Positions 10,171-19,887 of a stretch of DNA of 64,000 nucleotides are shown in pieces (position 1 is the first letter of the stretch; the number at the start of each line of letters is the position of its first letter). The notes below the pieces were generated by a model. It saw only the letters and a program-made list of their open reading frames with translations. It made no database searches and was not told where the DNA came from. Position numbers and translations under genes: made by a program. Source of the DNA: Candidatus Eiseniibacteriota bacterium (GTDB lineage Bacteria; Eisenbacteria; RBG-16-71-46); contig OY970178.1 of assembly GCA_963707915.1 (NCBI GenBank), forward strand, positions 1,280,001 to 1,344,000. The letters are read 5' to 3'.

Positions 10171-10220
10171 TGAAAGTCCGTACCTGTCCGCTCTTGTCCC
10201 CTCCTGTCCGCTCCTGTCCG
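10171..10220. repeat. Phased 10-bp tandem repeat (consensus CTCCTGTCCG), four copies plus one degenerate copy
   Basis: tgaaagtccg / tacctgtccg / ctcttgtccc / ctcctgtccg / ctcctgtccg. Confidence 0.85.
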
Positions 10221-10314
10221 GAGGGCGGAATCGGGGCAACTCGCAGCGAAGGCGTGTACATCGGTGTCCTGCGGGCGCCTGCGACGACGGGCGTCGTCGG
10301 GCGTGGTTACGCCC

Positions 10315-10350
10315 AAGAGGCAGGTGCTCTACCGACTGAGCTAACGGGTC
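10315..10350 (-). pseudogene. 5' half of tRNA-Lys(CTT), positions 1-36; 3' half missing
   Basis: Minus strand reads GACCCGT TA GCTC AGTCGGTA GAGC A CCTGC CT CTT: acceptor 5' strand, perfect D arm, anticodon-stem 5' strand and CTT anticodon. Non-tRNA sequence follows. Confidence 0.85.
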
Positions 10351-10515
10351 ACGGGGGCTGCTGGCGAGCAGGGTAGTGCAGGGGGGCGCACGGCGGTAGG
10401 GCCGCGTGGAGAGGACACCGGAGAGCGGGCCTGCGAGTGCACCTCTCGGTGATGGGGGCCAGCCCAGCAGCGGCGGCTTGGCACCAGCCCGTGATTGCGC
10501 GCAATCTGCGGCTGC

Positions 10516-10610
10516 TTCACCACGATCAGTTTCCGGGTCGCGCTGAGCCCGCCGGCCTCGAGCCGGTACAGGTGCACCCCCGGTCGCCAGCCGGACGCTT
10601 CCACCGCCAC
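10516..10610 (-). pseudogene. Orphan fragment of a FlgD-Ig-like C-terminal tail
   Basis: ASGWRPGVHLYRLEAGGLSATRKLIVVK resembles the C-termini of 37031..37990 and 48850..49518, but has no upstream body. Confidence 0.6.
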
Positions 10611-10659
10611 CTCGTGCTACCCGTCCAGAGGCGAACCGCGGGCGCTCTCGATTCACGAA

Positions 10660-11439
10660 TCAAGGTGGGAACGCCGAGGCCGGCGGAAAGTCGCCGCCCG
10701 GCTCCGGAGACGGCTCCCAGTACCCGTCGACCTCCCTCCGGCTCGGCTGCCAGGTCCCGTTTGCGAACGTGTACCGGTCGTAGTCCGTCACGGGGTTTCC
10801 GGGTCCGTTCAAGTCGACGTGCCAGGACACCGCCAGGATCACGTCCGGAACACGCGAGGCGATCCTCCAGTCCGCGCTGCCGGCCCTCCGTAACTCCAGT
10901 ATCTCCGCCGCCCGCGCGCCGCCGGCGCGCACCGTCTCCCAGTGGAGGACGCCCGCGGATACGCGCGCAAACCGCGTCACCGGTCCGTTGTGGATCCCCG
11001 CCACCCAGGAGAAGTCCTCGGTCACGAGGAACCGGCGGTTCGCCGAGCCCGTGCTGTCCCAGGGCTCGAGCTGGGCCAGGACCTGCCGGAGTGGGCGCGT
11101 CCACAGGACCCGGCCGTCCACCGACGTGCATCGCAACTCCGCCCGCACGGGGGGCCTGCGCGCGAACGAGCGGGCCGCGCGCGACGTCTCGGGGAGAACG
11201 GCATCCCACGGACCGTGGCCCCACATGCGATCGGCGACGTCTCCGGTGAGCCGCCGGTCGAGGCGCAGCTCGAGGACGCCATCGACACCGTTCACGGCGC
11301 TCGTCAGCCGATCGCGCTGGACCGTCACCCGTCCGTCATCGGCCGCGATCGCGAGGACCGGGACGAGCCAGGCCCACGTGGCGAGCCGCAGGACGATCCC
11401 GGGGCCCGTCCTCCGGCCGCGCCCGGCCCCGGCGATCAC
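10660..11439 (-). CDS. Hypothetical exported protein (start uncertain)
   Basis: Signal-like segment LRLATWAWLVPVLAIAA followed by a Trp/aromatic-rich body with protein-like composition. Confidence 0.6.
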   Translation of the reverse strand: MIAGAGRGRRTGPGIVLRLATWAWLVPVLAIAADDGRVTVQRDRLTSAVNGVDGVLELRLDRRLTGDVADRMWGHGPWDAVLPETSRAARSFARRPPVRAELRCTSVDGRVLWTRPLRQVLAQLEPWDSTGSANRRFLVTEDFSWVAGIHNGPVTRFARVSAGVLHWETVRAGGARAAEILELRRAGSADWRIASRVPDVILAVSWHVDLNGPGNPVTDYDRYTFANGTWQPSRREVDGYWEPSPEPGGDFPPASAFPP

Positions 11440-11678
11440 CAGAGCAGGTCCCACTGCCTCGGGTCCTCCAACAGGCGCAGCGGCCAGAACTCCTTCTGGG
11501 CGCCTGCATGCACCACCAGGACTCCTCCTATGCATCTGCCTTCCAGGCGGTCCCCGCTGCCCAGTCCGTGGCAGTGACGCGACCGCTTGAACAACGACTC
11601 GCCGGAGCGCCGCTCCGAGCGCCTCCCACCGTGCTGCCGGATGGTCACGAGAACCATCGGCCACCTGCGGCCGTCCGA

Positions 11679-12068
11679 CTACGTCGGTCCGACGGCGAGG
11701 CCGTAGATCAGGACGGCGAGCACGATCAGGGTCACGACCACGTAGGTGCGATCCCGCTGAATGGCGAAGCCCACGAGCGAGAAGACGACCCTTGCCACGG
11801 GAGTCGCGATCAGCAGGAGTAGGCCGAACTGGATGAGGCCCCGGCCCTGGAGGGCGAGAGCATCGCTCGCGATGCCTCGCACGTGGCGCAAGTCGGCGGG
11901 CTCACCGCTGAACACCCGGTAGTGGGGAACGCCGGATCCGTGCCGAAGCAGGTACAGGATGCCCCCCGCAAGGACCACCGCTCCCGAGACCATGACCCCG
12001 GCCCTGAGCAGGTTGCCGAGGATCTGCTCCAATCTCTCGTCGTTCAATGAAGGTGCGCGTCGGGGCAT
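11679..12068 (-). CDS. DUF1634 family membrane protein
   Basis: LEQILGNLLRAGV...IQFGLLLLIATPVARV...QRDRTYV; this family normally follows TauE. Confidence 0.88.
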   Translation of the reverse strand: MPRRAPSLNDERLEQILGNLLRAGVMVSGAVVLAGGILYLLRHGSGVPHYRVFSGEPADLRHVRGIASDALALQGRGLIQFGLLLLIATPVARVVFSLVGFAIQRDRTYVVVTLIVLAVLIYGLAVGPT

Positions 12069-12069
12069 C

Positions 12070-12906
12070 TCAGAGTCTCCGGGTCAGCCCGCCATAGATC
12101 ATCTCGATCCCCAACGCGACGATGACGAGACTGAAGATGAGGCGCAGGGCCCGGACTCGGGCGCCCACGAGCATGCGCGCACCCAGAACCGATCCCAGAA
12201 GCACGCCGAGCATCACGGGCATGGCAAGACCGGGGTCGATGAACCCGCGGTTGAGGTACACCCCTGCGCTCGCCGCCGCGGTGACGCCGATCATGAAATT
12301 GCTGGTGGTCGTGGACACCTTGAAGGGAAGGCGCATGGCTTGGTCCATGGCGAGCACCTTGATGGCCCCGGAACCAATGCCCAGCAGTCCGGAGAGGGTC
12401 CCGGCGACGAACATGAGCCCGAATCCAGCCGGCACGTTGTGCGCGTGGTAGCTCTGCCTGCCATCGGGCGTGGGGAAACTGGAGTCCATTCGCAGCCGGA
12501 CCGCCAGCGCGTCCGGGCGGTCGTCAGCCGGCCCCTCCCGCCGGGGTCGGCTCGAGAGGAAGGCGGAGTAGAGCAGGACGACCCCGAAGACCACGCCGAT
12601 GGCTCCGGTGGCGACCCGCACGGCGATGAACGCTCCCACCAGGGCCCCGACCGTCGTGGCGACCTCGAGGAACATCCCGATCCGGATGTTGGAGTAGCCC
12701 TCCCTCACGTAGGCCGCCGCGGCCCCGGAGGAGGTGGCGATCACCGAGACGAGCGAGGCACCGATGGCGTAGCGGATATCCACTCCGAAGACCAGGACGA
12801 GCAGGGGCACGATGACGACCCCACCCCCCAGGCCCGTCAGGGCTCCCAGCCACCCGGCGGCGATCGATCCCAGCCAGATCAGCAAAGTGAAGACGGCGGT
12901 ATTCAT
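12070..12906 (-). CDS. TauE/SafE (TSUP) sulfite exporter family protein
   Basis: GALTGLGGGVVIVP, AIGASLVSVIATSS, SGLLGIGSG and TSNFMIGVTA motifs. Confidence 0.92.
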   Translation of the reverse strand: MNTAVFTLLIWLGSIAAGWLGALTGLGGGVVIVPLLVLVFGVDIRYAIGASLVSVIATSSGAAAAYVREGYSNIRIGMFLEVATTVGALVGAFIAVRVATGAIGVVFGVVLLYSAFLSSRPRREGPADDRPDALAVRLRMDSSFPTPDGRQSYHAHNVPAGFGLMFVAGTLSGLLGIGSGAIKVLAMDQAMRLPFKVSTTTSNFMIGVTAAASAGVYLNRGFIDPGLAMPVMLGVLLGSVLGARMLVGARVRALRLIFSLVIVALGIEMIYGGLTRRL

Positions 12907-13264
12907 GGGCGCGCAGAACCTATTCCTGGGCCTCTCGGAGGGCAAGCACGGGACTGGTAGCTCTGACGGCGGCGGGCGACACTTGGGTGCCGCCCGTGCC
13001 CCCCGGCACCGTCCGTTTGGCGGCCATTGACCCGTTTGAGTGCTCCCGTGCACGGGCGGCCCTCGGGCGCGCTGGAGTCCCGGACCGCGCGCCAGGCGGG
13101 AGACGACGACTTCCTCGGTGCGACGCACCGCGCCGCTGGTTGCCGTGATTTGAAGGCCGTTCTCGCTGGCCCGAATCCTTTCGGTCCCTCCGGCCTCCTA
13201 CCTAGTCCACATGATCAAGTCAAGAGTCCCAGGCACCGCGTGTACCTCCCCGCGTTCCCGCATC

Positions 13265-14563
13265 ATGGCATGGTCGAAGATGCTGGTCCTCCTGCCCCTC
13301 CTCTTCAGCTCCAGGGGAGCGTGGGCGGAGGGCTGGTCGCTCGAACGGGTCCTCAACGTGGTCCGCGAACGCGATCCCGGCGTACGTGCGGCCCAGGCGG
13401 CCGGGGATGCCCAGCGGGCGAAGGCTGCAGAGAGTTGGTCGGCGCTTTCACCTCAGGTGACGGCTTCCGCGGGACTCACGCGCGGCGACGATCCCGCCAT
13501 GCTGTTCTCGCAGAAGCTCTGGCAGGGGCGGTTCACGGAGAGCGATTTCGCCGTGGACCGTCTCAACCAACCCGCCCCCCAGACCGCGCTCCAATGCGGC
13601 ATCACCGTGGACCAGCCCCTCTGGAACGGAGGTCGCGAACTTGCCGCGCCAGGCCTCGCCCGTCACTACAATCGAGCCGCTACGGCGATGCAGCGCGCCT
13701 CGATCGCCGACAGGCTCCTGGGCGCCGTGGAAGTCTACGTGGCGGCAGCAGGGGCGCGTGAGAACGCGCATGCGGCTGGGCTGGCGCTCGCGGCCGCGAC
13801 GGCCATGCGCTCGGCAGCCGCCGAACGATATCGCATGGGACAGGTGCCCGAACTGGACACGCTGCGCGCACTGGCGCGCGAAGGCGATGCGCGCGTGCGC
13901 GAGATCGGCGCCCGGCGGGGCCTGGCACTGGCCCTCGACCACCTTTCGCGCCTGGTGATGGCACCCGTCGCCGCGGAGTCGCTGGAATCGCCCGGGGAGC
14001 CGCTGGCCGTCCCGCGGGGCGCGGAAGGAGTGCGCGGCGAGCTGTCCGCCGCGCGCGAAGGCGCCGCCGCCGCCGGAACGGAGGCCCGCATGGCGGCGCT
14101 GCGATTGATGCCCTCGCTCAACTCGCGCCTCGCGCTGACGCAGTACCGGCCCGCTCCGGGCGGCACGTTCGAGCCACGCTGGATGGTGGCCCTATCGGCC
14201 GACCTCCCGCTCTTCGATGGCGCCCGCCGCCTCAACGAATGGCGCGCGGCCCGCTCGCGGGCGACCGAGGCGAAGGCGATGGCGCAGGTCCTGGAGCGTG
14301 ACCTGGCAGTCGGGCTCGGCGCGGCCCGCGTCGAAGCCGCCGTGGCGAGCGAGCGCCGCGACGCCGCGAACGCGGCACGCGCCGCGGCCGAGGAGGCTCT
14401 GCGCCTGGCCTCATTGCGCTACCGCGCGGGGCTGCTCCCGCTCACCGACCTGCTGGCGACCGATGCCGAGGCCTCCGCCTCCCGCGCGGTTGCCGTCGAG
14501 GCCTCCACCGCCGTGACGCTCGCCTACTACCGACTGCTTCATGCCCAGGGAGACCTGCGATGA
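13265..14563 (+). CDS. TolC family outer membrane efflux protein (start 13211 or 13265)
   Basis: Signal peptide, two OEP repeats (QPLWNGG, LPLFDG) and RYRAGL; first gene of an RND operon. Confidence 0.88.
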   Translation: MAWSKMLVLLPLLFSSRGAWAEGWSLERVLNVVRERDPGVRAAQAAGDAQRAKAAESWSALSPQVTASAGLTRGDDPAMLFSQKLWQGRFTESDFAVDRLNQPAPQTALQCGITVDQPLWNGGRELAAPGLARHYNRAATAMQRASIADRLLGAVEVYVAAAGARENAHAAGLALAAATAMRSAAAERYRMGQVPELDTLRALAREGDARVREIGARRGLALALDHLSRLVMAPVAAESLESPGEPLAVPRGAEGVRGELSAAREGAAAAGTEARMAALRLMPSLNSRLALTQYRPAPGGTFEPRWMVALSADLPLFDGARRLNEWRAARSRATEAKAMAQVLERDLAVGLGAARVEAAVASERRDAANAARAAAEEALRLASLRYRAGLLPLTDLLATDAEASASRAVAVEASTAVTLAYYRLLHAQGDLR

Positions 14564-15663
14564 CGAAGTTCCCGGCTGCGCGCGCCACCGCGAGCATGGC
14601 CACTGTTGCGCTGGCAGCGATCGCCACCCTCGCTGCCAATGGTTGTGGCGGGAGCGCCTTGCACAGGGAAGCAGTTGGCGCCGCCCCGCCCCTGACCGTC
14701 TCGGTGATGCGAGCCGGCCATGCGCCGGGCGGGGCGCTCGTGCTACCCGCCCGTGTCACCGCGCGCGACGAAGTGACTCTCACGGCCCGCATGGCCGCGC
14801 GCCTGACCGCGCTGCCGCTGCGGGAAGGCGATCGATTCCGCAAGGGCCAGGCACTTGCGGTGTTCGGCGCGCCCGAGACCCGTGCCGCCCTCGAGGGCGC
14901 CCGGGCCGGGTTGGCAGCCGCAGGGCTCGCGCGTGATCTGGCGCGCAAGCAGGAATCCCGCATGGATACGCTCTACGCCTCGCGCGTCGCGGCGCTGCGC
15001 GAACTCGAGGGTGCGCAAGCCGATCGCCGCGCCGCCGAAGCGGCCTGGGCCCAGGCCCGTGCGCAAGTGGACCAGATGGCGAGCGGCACGACGCTCGAGG
15101 CGCCGTTCGGCGGTGTCGTGGTACGTCGCCACGTCGATCCCGGAGCGACGGTTGGCCCCGGGCAGCCCCTGCTCGACATCCGATCGAATGAAGTGGGCGA
15201 GATCACTTCGTCGGTGCCGGAGTCCGAACTGGCGCGCCTGACTGCGGTCCATGCGGAATACCAGATCGGCGAAGGTCCGTGGCGGCCAGCGGCTCTTCTC
15301 CGCGTGGACGGCATGACCGATTTCGCGACCCGCAGTCGCGTCGCCCGCTTCCGACCCGCACCGGGCACGACGCTCGAACCGGGAGCGTTCGGCCGCGTCC
15401 GCCTTGACGAACCACGCCGCGAAGGCAGCGAGGAGTCGACCGACGGCAATTCGCTTTCGGTCCCCGTCACCGCGCTCGTGATCCGTGGGGGCCTGACCGG
15501 CGTGTTCGTGGCGGAGAACGGCGTGGCCCGGCTGCGCTGGCTGCGCGTCGGTCGAGTCAATGCCGGCTCGGTCGAGGTGCTGGCCGGGCTCGATCCCGCC
15601 GACGCGGTGATTGTCGATCCAAGGCCCCTGTCGGACGGCCGCGCGGTCAAGGCAGCTTCGTGA
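14560..15663 (+). CDS. RND periplasmic adaptor (MFP) lipoprotein
   Basis: Lipobox-like AANGC, lipoyl half motifs, LEAPFGGVV and VEVLAGL. Confidence 0.9.
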   Translation: MTKFPAARATASMATVALAAIATLAANGCGGSALHREAVGAAPPLTVSVMRAGHAPGGALVLPARVTARDEVTLTARMAARLTALPLREGDRFRKGQALAVFGAPETRAALEGARAGLAAAGLARDLARKQESRMDTLYASRVAALRELEGAQADRRAAEAAWAQARAQVDQMASGTTLEAPFGGVVVRRHVDPGATVGPGQPLLDIRSNEVGEITSSVPESELARLTAVHAEYQIGEGPWRPAALLRVDGMTDFATRSRVARFRPAPGTTLEPGAFGRVRLDEPRREGSEESTDGNSLSVPVTALVIRGGLTGVFVAENGVARLRWLRVGRVNAGSVEVLAGLDPADAVIVDPRPLSDGRAVKAAS

Positions 15664-18600
15664 GCAAGGGGCTCAAGTCCGTTGGACTCGCGGGACGCAT
15701 CGCGGGCACGTTCCTGCACTCGCGCCTCACGCCACTCACGATCTTCGCATCGATCTTGCTCGGGCTCCTCGCGCTGGCCACGCTGCCGCGCGAGGAGGAA
15801 CCGCAGATCAAGGTGCCGATGGTCGACGTGCAGATCGCGTGGCCGGGCACTCCGGTCGGGCAGGTCGAGCGCCAGCTCACGACGCCGGTCGAGAGGCAGC
15901 TGTGGCAGATCCCGGACCTCGAGTACCTCTACTCCATCTCGCGCGAGGACGGGGCGGCACTGATTCTGCGCTTCAAGGTCGGATTCGATCCCGACCAGGC
16001 GCTCACCCGCGTCCGCACGCGTCTCGACGAGGCCGCCGGGGCACTGCCACCGGGCGCCCGCGTGCTCACGGTCTCCCCGCGCGCCATCGACGACGTGCCC
16101 GTGCTCGCGCTGACGCTCGCCAGCCGTGACTCGAACATGGACCAGAGCGATGTGCGTCGCGTGGCTGCCGAGCTCGCGGCCGAGCTGCGCAAGGCGCCCG
16201 GCGTCGCGCGCGTGCGCTTGCTCGGTGGTGAACCGCGCACCGTGCGCATCGCCCCCGACCCGGCCCGGATGAGCGCGGCGGGCGTCACCGTGGACGTGCT
16301 GGCCCGCACGCTCGAAGGCGCGGGCCTGTCGCTGCCCGCCGGCGACCTTGTCGGCACCAACCTCCGCACCGAGCTGCGCGCCGAATCGCCGCTGGCCAGC
16401 GCGGAGGAACTCGGTGCGCTGATGATGCCCTCGGCCACCGGGCGCCCGGTGAGGCTCTCCGAGGTGGCGGCGGTCACCGACGGTCCCGGCGAGCGCACGA
16501 CCTACGTGTTCCTTGGCGATCGCCAGGAGCCCATGCGCCCGGCCGTCACGGTCGAGGTCTCCAAGCGCCCCGGGGTCAACGCCACCGACCTCGTCCGCTT
16601 CCTGCACGGGCGGGTGGCCGAGCTCCGCCCCACGCTGCTTGGCGGTATCGACGTCACCACGACCCGGGACTACGGCGAGACCGCGAAACACAAGTCCGAC
16701 GACCTCATGTTCCATCTGCTGCTCGCGACCTTGTCGGTCATCCTGCTCATCGCGCTGGCGCTCGGCAGGCGCGAGGCCGTGGTGGTCGCGATCGCCATCC
16801 CGGTCACGCTGGCGCTCACGCTCTTCCTCTACCGCTTCCTCGGCTACACGCTCAACCGCGTCACGCTGTTCGCGCTCATCTTCTCGATCGGCATCCTCGT
16901 GGACGACGCCATCGTCGTCGTCGAGAACATCACGCGGCACTTCGCGATGAAGGATCACCGGGACACCGACGAGCGAGTGATCGAGGCCGTGGACGAGGTG
17001 GGCAACCCGACGGTGCTCGCCACCGTCGCGGTGATCGCCGCGATCCTCCCGCTGGCGTTCGTGGGCGGGCTCATGGGCCCGTACATGAAGCCCATCCCGA
17101 TCGGCGCTTCGCTGGCCATGCTGTTCTCGCTCGCCGTGGCGTTCATGGTCTCACCATGGGCTGCCCGCCGCCTGCTGAAGACGCAGGGCGTCCACCCGCA
17201 CGAACCCAGGGAGTCGAAGCTCGACCGGGCCTACCGTGCATGGATGGCGAGGCTCATCGATCGCCCTCGCGAGCGCTGGTTGTTCTTCGGCGGGCTCGCG
17301 GTGCTGCTCGTGGTGGTGGTGGGGCTGTTCGCCGTCCGGCTGGTGACCGTGAAGATGCTGCCCTTCGACAACAAGAGCGAGTTCGAGGTGCTGGTGGACA
17401 TGCCTCCCGGCACGCCGCTCGAGCGGACGCTCGCCGTCGCGGCTCGGATGGCGCGCGAGCTGGCCCGGCGCTCCGATGTCGAGCGCTACGTGATCTACGA
17501 CGGGCTGGGCTCGCCGCTCACGTTCAATGGCCTCGTGCGCCACTACGACTTCCGTTCCGACCCGCGCTTCGCTTCGATCCAGGTGAGCCTGGCGGGCGCC
17601 GAGCATCGCAAGCGCCAGAGTCACGCCATCGCGCGCGAGGTGCGGCCCGCGCTCGAGGCCATCGCCGCGCAGGCTGGAGCGCGCGTCAAGGTGGTGGAAG
17701 TGCCTCCGGGCCCGCCCGTGCTCTCCACGCTGGTGGCGGAAGTCTACGGCCCCGACCTCAAGGGCCAGCAGGACCTCGCGCGGAAGATCTGGGACGTGTT
17801 CCGCGATACCCCCGGCGTGGTGGATGCCGACCTCATGCTCACCGAAGGTCAGCCACGCACGCGTCTGCTCGTGGATCGCGACCGGGCCGCGCTGGCCGGG
17901 GTCGCACCCGCCCAGGCGGCCGCGGCGGTGATGACGCTCTACGCCGGCCGGAACGTGGGCACATTGCGCGCGCCGGCAGAGGCGGAGGCCGTGCCGATCC
18001 AGGTGCGCCTCGCACCGGCTGATCGCGCCGACCTGAGCGCCATGCGCGCCCTCCGCCTGGGAGCCGGGGCCGGAACACCCCTTTCCGAGCTCGCCCGCGC
18101 GGCGCACGACTCCACGCCCCCTGAGATCATGCACAAGAACCTTCACCGCGTCGTCTACGTCCTTGGCGACGTCGCGGGCCGCGTGGAGTCGCCCGTCTAC
18201 GCCATCGCGGCCCTGCGCCCGAAGGTCGATTCGCTGCGCACGCCCGACGGCGGCCACGCTCACCAGCTGAGCACGAAGCTGCCGGATTCCGATGAGCGCT
18301 ACTCGGTCAAGTGGGATGGCGAGTGGCACATCACGTACGAGGTGTTCCGCGACATGGGCGCCGCATTCGCCGTCGTGCTCGTCCTCATCTACGTGCTCAC
18401 CGTCGGCTGGTTCAAGTCGTTCACGACCCCGCTCGTGATCATGCTGCCGATTCCGCTGTCGCTGGTGGGCATCCTGCCGGCGCACGCGCTCATGGGGGCC
18501 TTCTTCACCGCCACCTCGATGATCGGCTTCATCGCGGGCGCGGGGATCCAGGTGCGAAACTCGATCATCCTCGTGGACTTCATCGAGCTGCGCATTGCGC

Positions 18601-18863
18601 AGGGGCTCTCGCTCAAGGAGGCCTGCATCGATGCGGGCGTGATCCGCTTCCGCCCCATGGTGCTGACTGCCGCCGCCGTGATCGTAGGCGGGGCGGTGAT
18701 CCTGTTCGATCCGATCTTCCAGGGGCTCGCCGTGGCGCTGATCGGCGGCGCGTTCGCGGCGCCGGTCCTCTCTCGCGTCGCGGTCCCGCTGCTCTACTAC
18801 CTGCTCCGGAGAGGGGATTCGGCGTACTCGGGGACCGCAACCGCCGAGGAGGGCGCCCGATGA
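15660..18863 (+). CDS. RND efflux permease (AcrB/CusA superfamily)
   Basis: 1067 aa with LPREEEPQI, IGILVDDAIVVVENI, RNSIILVDF and RFRPMVLT motifs. Confidence 0.95.
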   Translation: MSKGLKSVGLAGRIAGTFLHSRLTPLTIFASILLGLLALATLPREEEPQIKVPMVDVQIAWPGTPVGQVERQLTTPVERQLWQIPDLEYLYSISREDGAALILRFKVGFDPDQALTRVRTRLDEAAGALPPGARVLTVSPRAIDDVPVLALTLASRDSNMDQSDVRRVAAELAAELRKAPGVARVRLLGGEPRTVRIAPDPARMSAAGVTVDVLARTLEGAGLSLPAGDLVGTNLRTELRAESPLASAEELGALMMPSATGRPVRLSEVAAVTDGPGERTTYVFLGDRQEPMRPAVTVEVSKRPGVNATDLVRFLHGRVAELRPTLLGGIDVTTTRDYGETAKHKSDDLMFHLLLATLSVILLIALALGRREAVVVAIAIPVTLALTLFLYRFLGYTLNRVTLFALIFSIGILVDDAIVVVENITRHFAMKDHRDTDERVIEAVDEVGNPTVLATVAVIAAILPLAFVGGLMGPYMKPIPIGASLAMLFSLAVAFMVSPWAARRLLKTQGVHPHEPRESKLDRAYRAWMARLIDRPRERWLFFGGLAVLLVVVVGLFAVRLVTVKMLPFDNKSEFEVLVDMPPGTPLERTLAVAARMARELARRSDVERYVIYDGLGSPLTFNGLVRHYDFRSDPRFASIQVSLAGAEHRKRQSHAIAREVRPALEAIAAQAGARVKVVEVPPGPPVLSTLVAEVYGPDLKGQQDLARKIWDVFRDTPGVVDADLMLTEGQPRTRLLVDRDRAALAGVAPAQAAAAVMTLYAGRNVGTLRAPAEAEAVPIQVRLAPADRADLSAMRALRLGAGAGTPLSELARAAHDSTPPEIMHKNLHRVVYVLGDVAGRVESPVYAIAALRPKVDSLRTPDGGHAHQLSTKLPDSDERYSVKWDGEWHITYEVFRDMGAAFAVVLVLIYVLTVGWFKSFTTPLVIMLPIPLSLVGILPAHALMGAFFTATSMIGFIAGAGIQVRNSIILVDFIELRIAQGLSLKEACIDAGVIRFRPMVLTAAAVIVGGAVILFDPIFQGLAVALIGGAFAAPVLSRVAVPLLYYLLRRGDSAYSGTATAEEGAR

Positions 18864-19147
18864 AGATGGTGCTGATGTATGCCGACGCCGCGCGCCTTCC
18901 CACCGTGCGCCAGGACCTCGCGACGTTGGGCGTGCCCGGCTACACCGTGATTCCTGTCGTCGAGGGGGGCGGCCGCACCGGGATCCACACCGGGGACCGC
19001 GTGCACCCCGGCGCGCTGGCGCTCGTCATGGTCATCGACGAGGACGCCGCCGCGGACCGCCTGTTCGATGAGATGGTGAGACGGCGGGATGCGCACGGCG
19101 ACGAGGTGTCCCTCCTGTTCCTGATGCCCGTCGAACGACGGGCGTGA
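18860..19147 (+). CDS. PII-like transporter-associated protein
   Basis: MKMVLMY...LATLGVPGYTVIPVVEGGGRTG...LFLMPVE, a GlnB-like fold pattern. ATGA overlap with the RND gene. Confidence 0.75.
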   Translation: MKMVLMYADAARLPTVRQDLATLGVPGYTVIPVVEGGGRTGIHTGDRVHPGALALVMVIDEDAAADRLFDEMVRRRDAHGDEVSLLFLMPVERRA

Positions 19148-19171
19148 CCGATCACTCGAAGAGGTTCCCGC

Positions 19172-19360
19172 ATGAAGAGAGACACGGCACTCCGCGGCAT
19201 CGCTGGCGGGTTCGTCCTGGCTTCGGTGGCGCTGGGCTACTGGGTAAGCCCGTGGTTCTACGCGTTCACGGCCTTCGTCGGCGTGAATTTGCTGCAGAGC
19301 GCCTTCACCGGCTGGTGCCCGATGATGTGGATCCTCGGCAAGGCAGGGCTCAAGCCCTGA
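19172..19360 (+). CDS. DUF2892 (YgaP-like) membrane protein
   Basis: LRGIAG...FVGVNLLQSAFTGWCPM motif. Confidence 0.9.
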   Translation: MKRDTALRGIAGGFVLASVALGYWVSPWFYAFTAFVGVNLLQSAFTGWCPMMWILGKAGLKP

Positions 19361-19546
19361 CCGCCCGCTCCCCTGTTGCGGTCTCCCCCGTGAATGCCCA
19401 ACCGCCAGTGTTCGCCACTCGGCGGGCCGATTCCGGCTGCCGAAGCCACTCGGCGGCGATGCGGCGGCGCCGGCTCGCTCCGGGTCGAGCCGATCCGGAG
19501 AAGGAAGAGGCTCCTTCGCGCCTGCCGGGGCATTCCCGCTCCGAGG

Positions 19547-19800
19547 ATGCTCCTGGCCGCCGAGGCCATCCACCTCGCGCCCAACTCGCTCAGCGGCTGC
19601 CGCCCGTGCCCGCACGTCGACCATTCCCAGCGGCTCATCGGCGAGAAGCACGGCTTTCGGATCGCCCGCGGCCCCACCGGATCTCCCAGAAGTACTACAC
19701 TGCGCATGCGCGCATCCGCACGTGGAGTGGAGTCGGGCGGGAGGCACGGCTCCAGCCGATCCTGACGGACGAGCACCGGCGGCTCGAGTACCACCGGATG
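19547..19800 (+). pseudogene. Decayed CGGC-domain protein remnant (frameshifted, N-terminus lost)
   Basis: One frame gives AEAIHLA...GCRPCPHVDHSQRLIGEKHG. The next frame gives HRISQKYYTAH..IRTW...LQPILTDEHRRLEY. Together these resemble the CGGC-domain C-terminal pattern (HLA..PPCP..GTHPIPQKY). Confidence 0.55.
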
Positions 19801-19887
19801 ACGGCCTTCGTCCGAGGCGGCGTTGGCGGCATGGCGGTCATGAGATCCAAGCTCCCGAGGATCGACACCCAAGACCAGGAGGCGAAC

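Noticed and set aside
10006..10314. Group I intron in tRNA-Lys (the break at 36/37 after U matches known bacterial tRNA intron sites)
   Set aside because: I found no internal guide pairing with the 5' exon, no recognisable P7 core, and no terminal G followed by a complete 3' exon with a T arm.
10006..10314. Group II intron (sequence after the break starts GGGCG, close to GUGYG)
   Set aside because: No domain V/VI motif and no RT ORF nearby; the region is too short.
19144..19887. Long N-terminal extension on the peroxiredoxin
   Set aside because: It overlaps DUF2892 and the CGGC relic. A strong RBS supports the start at 19888.
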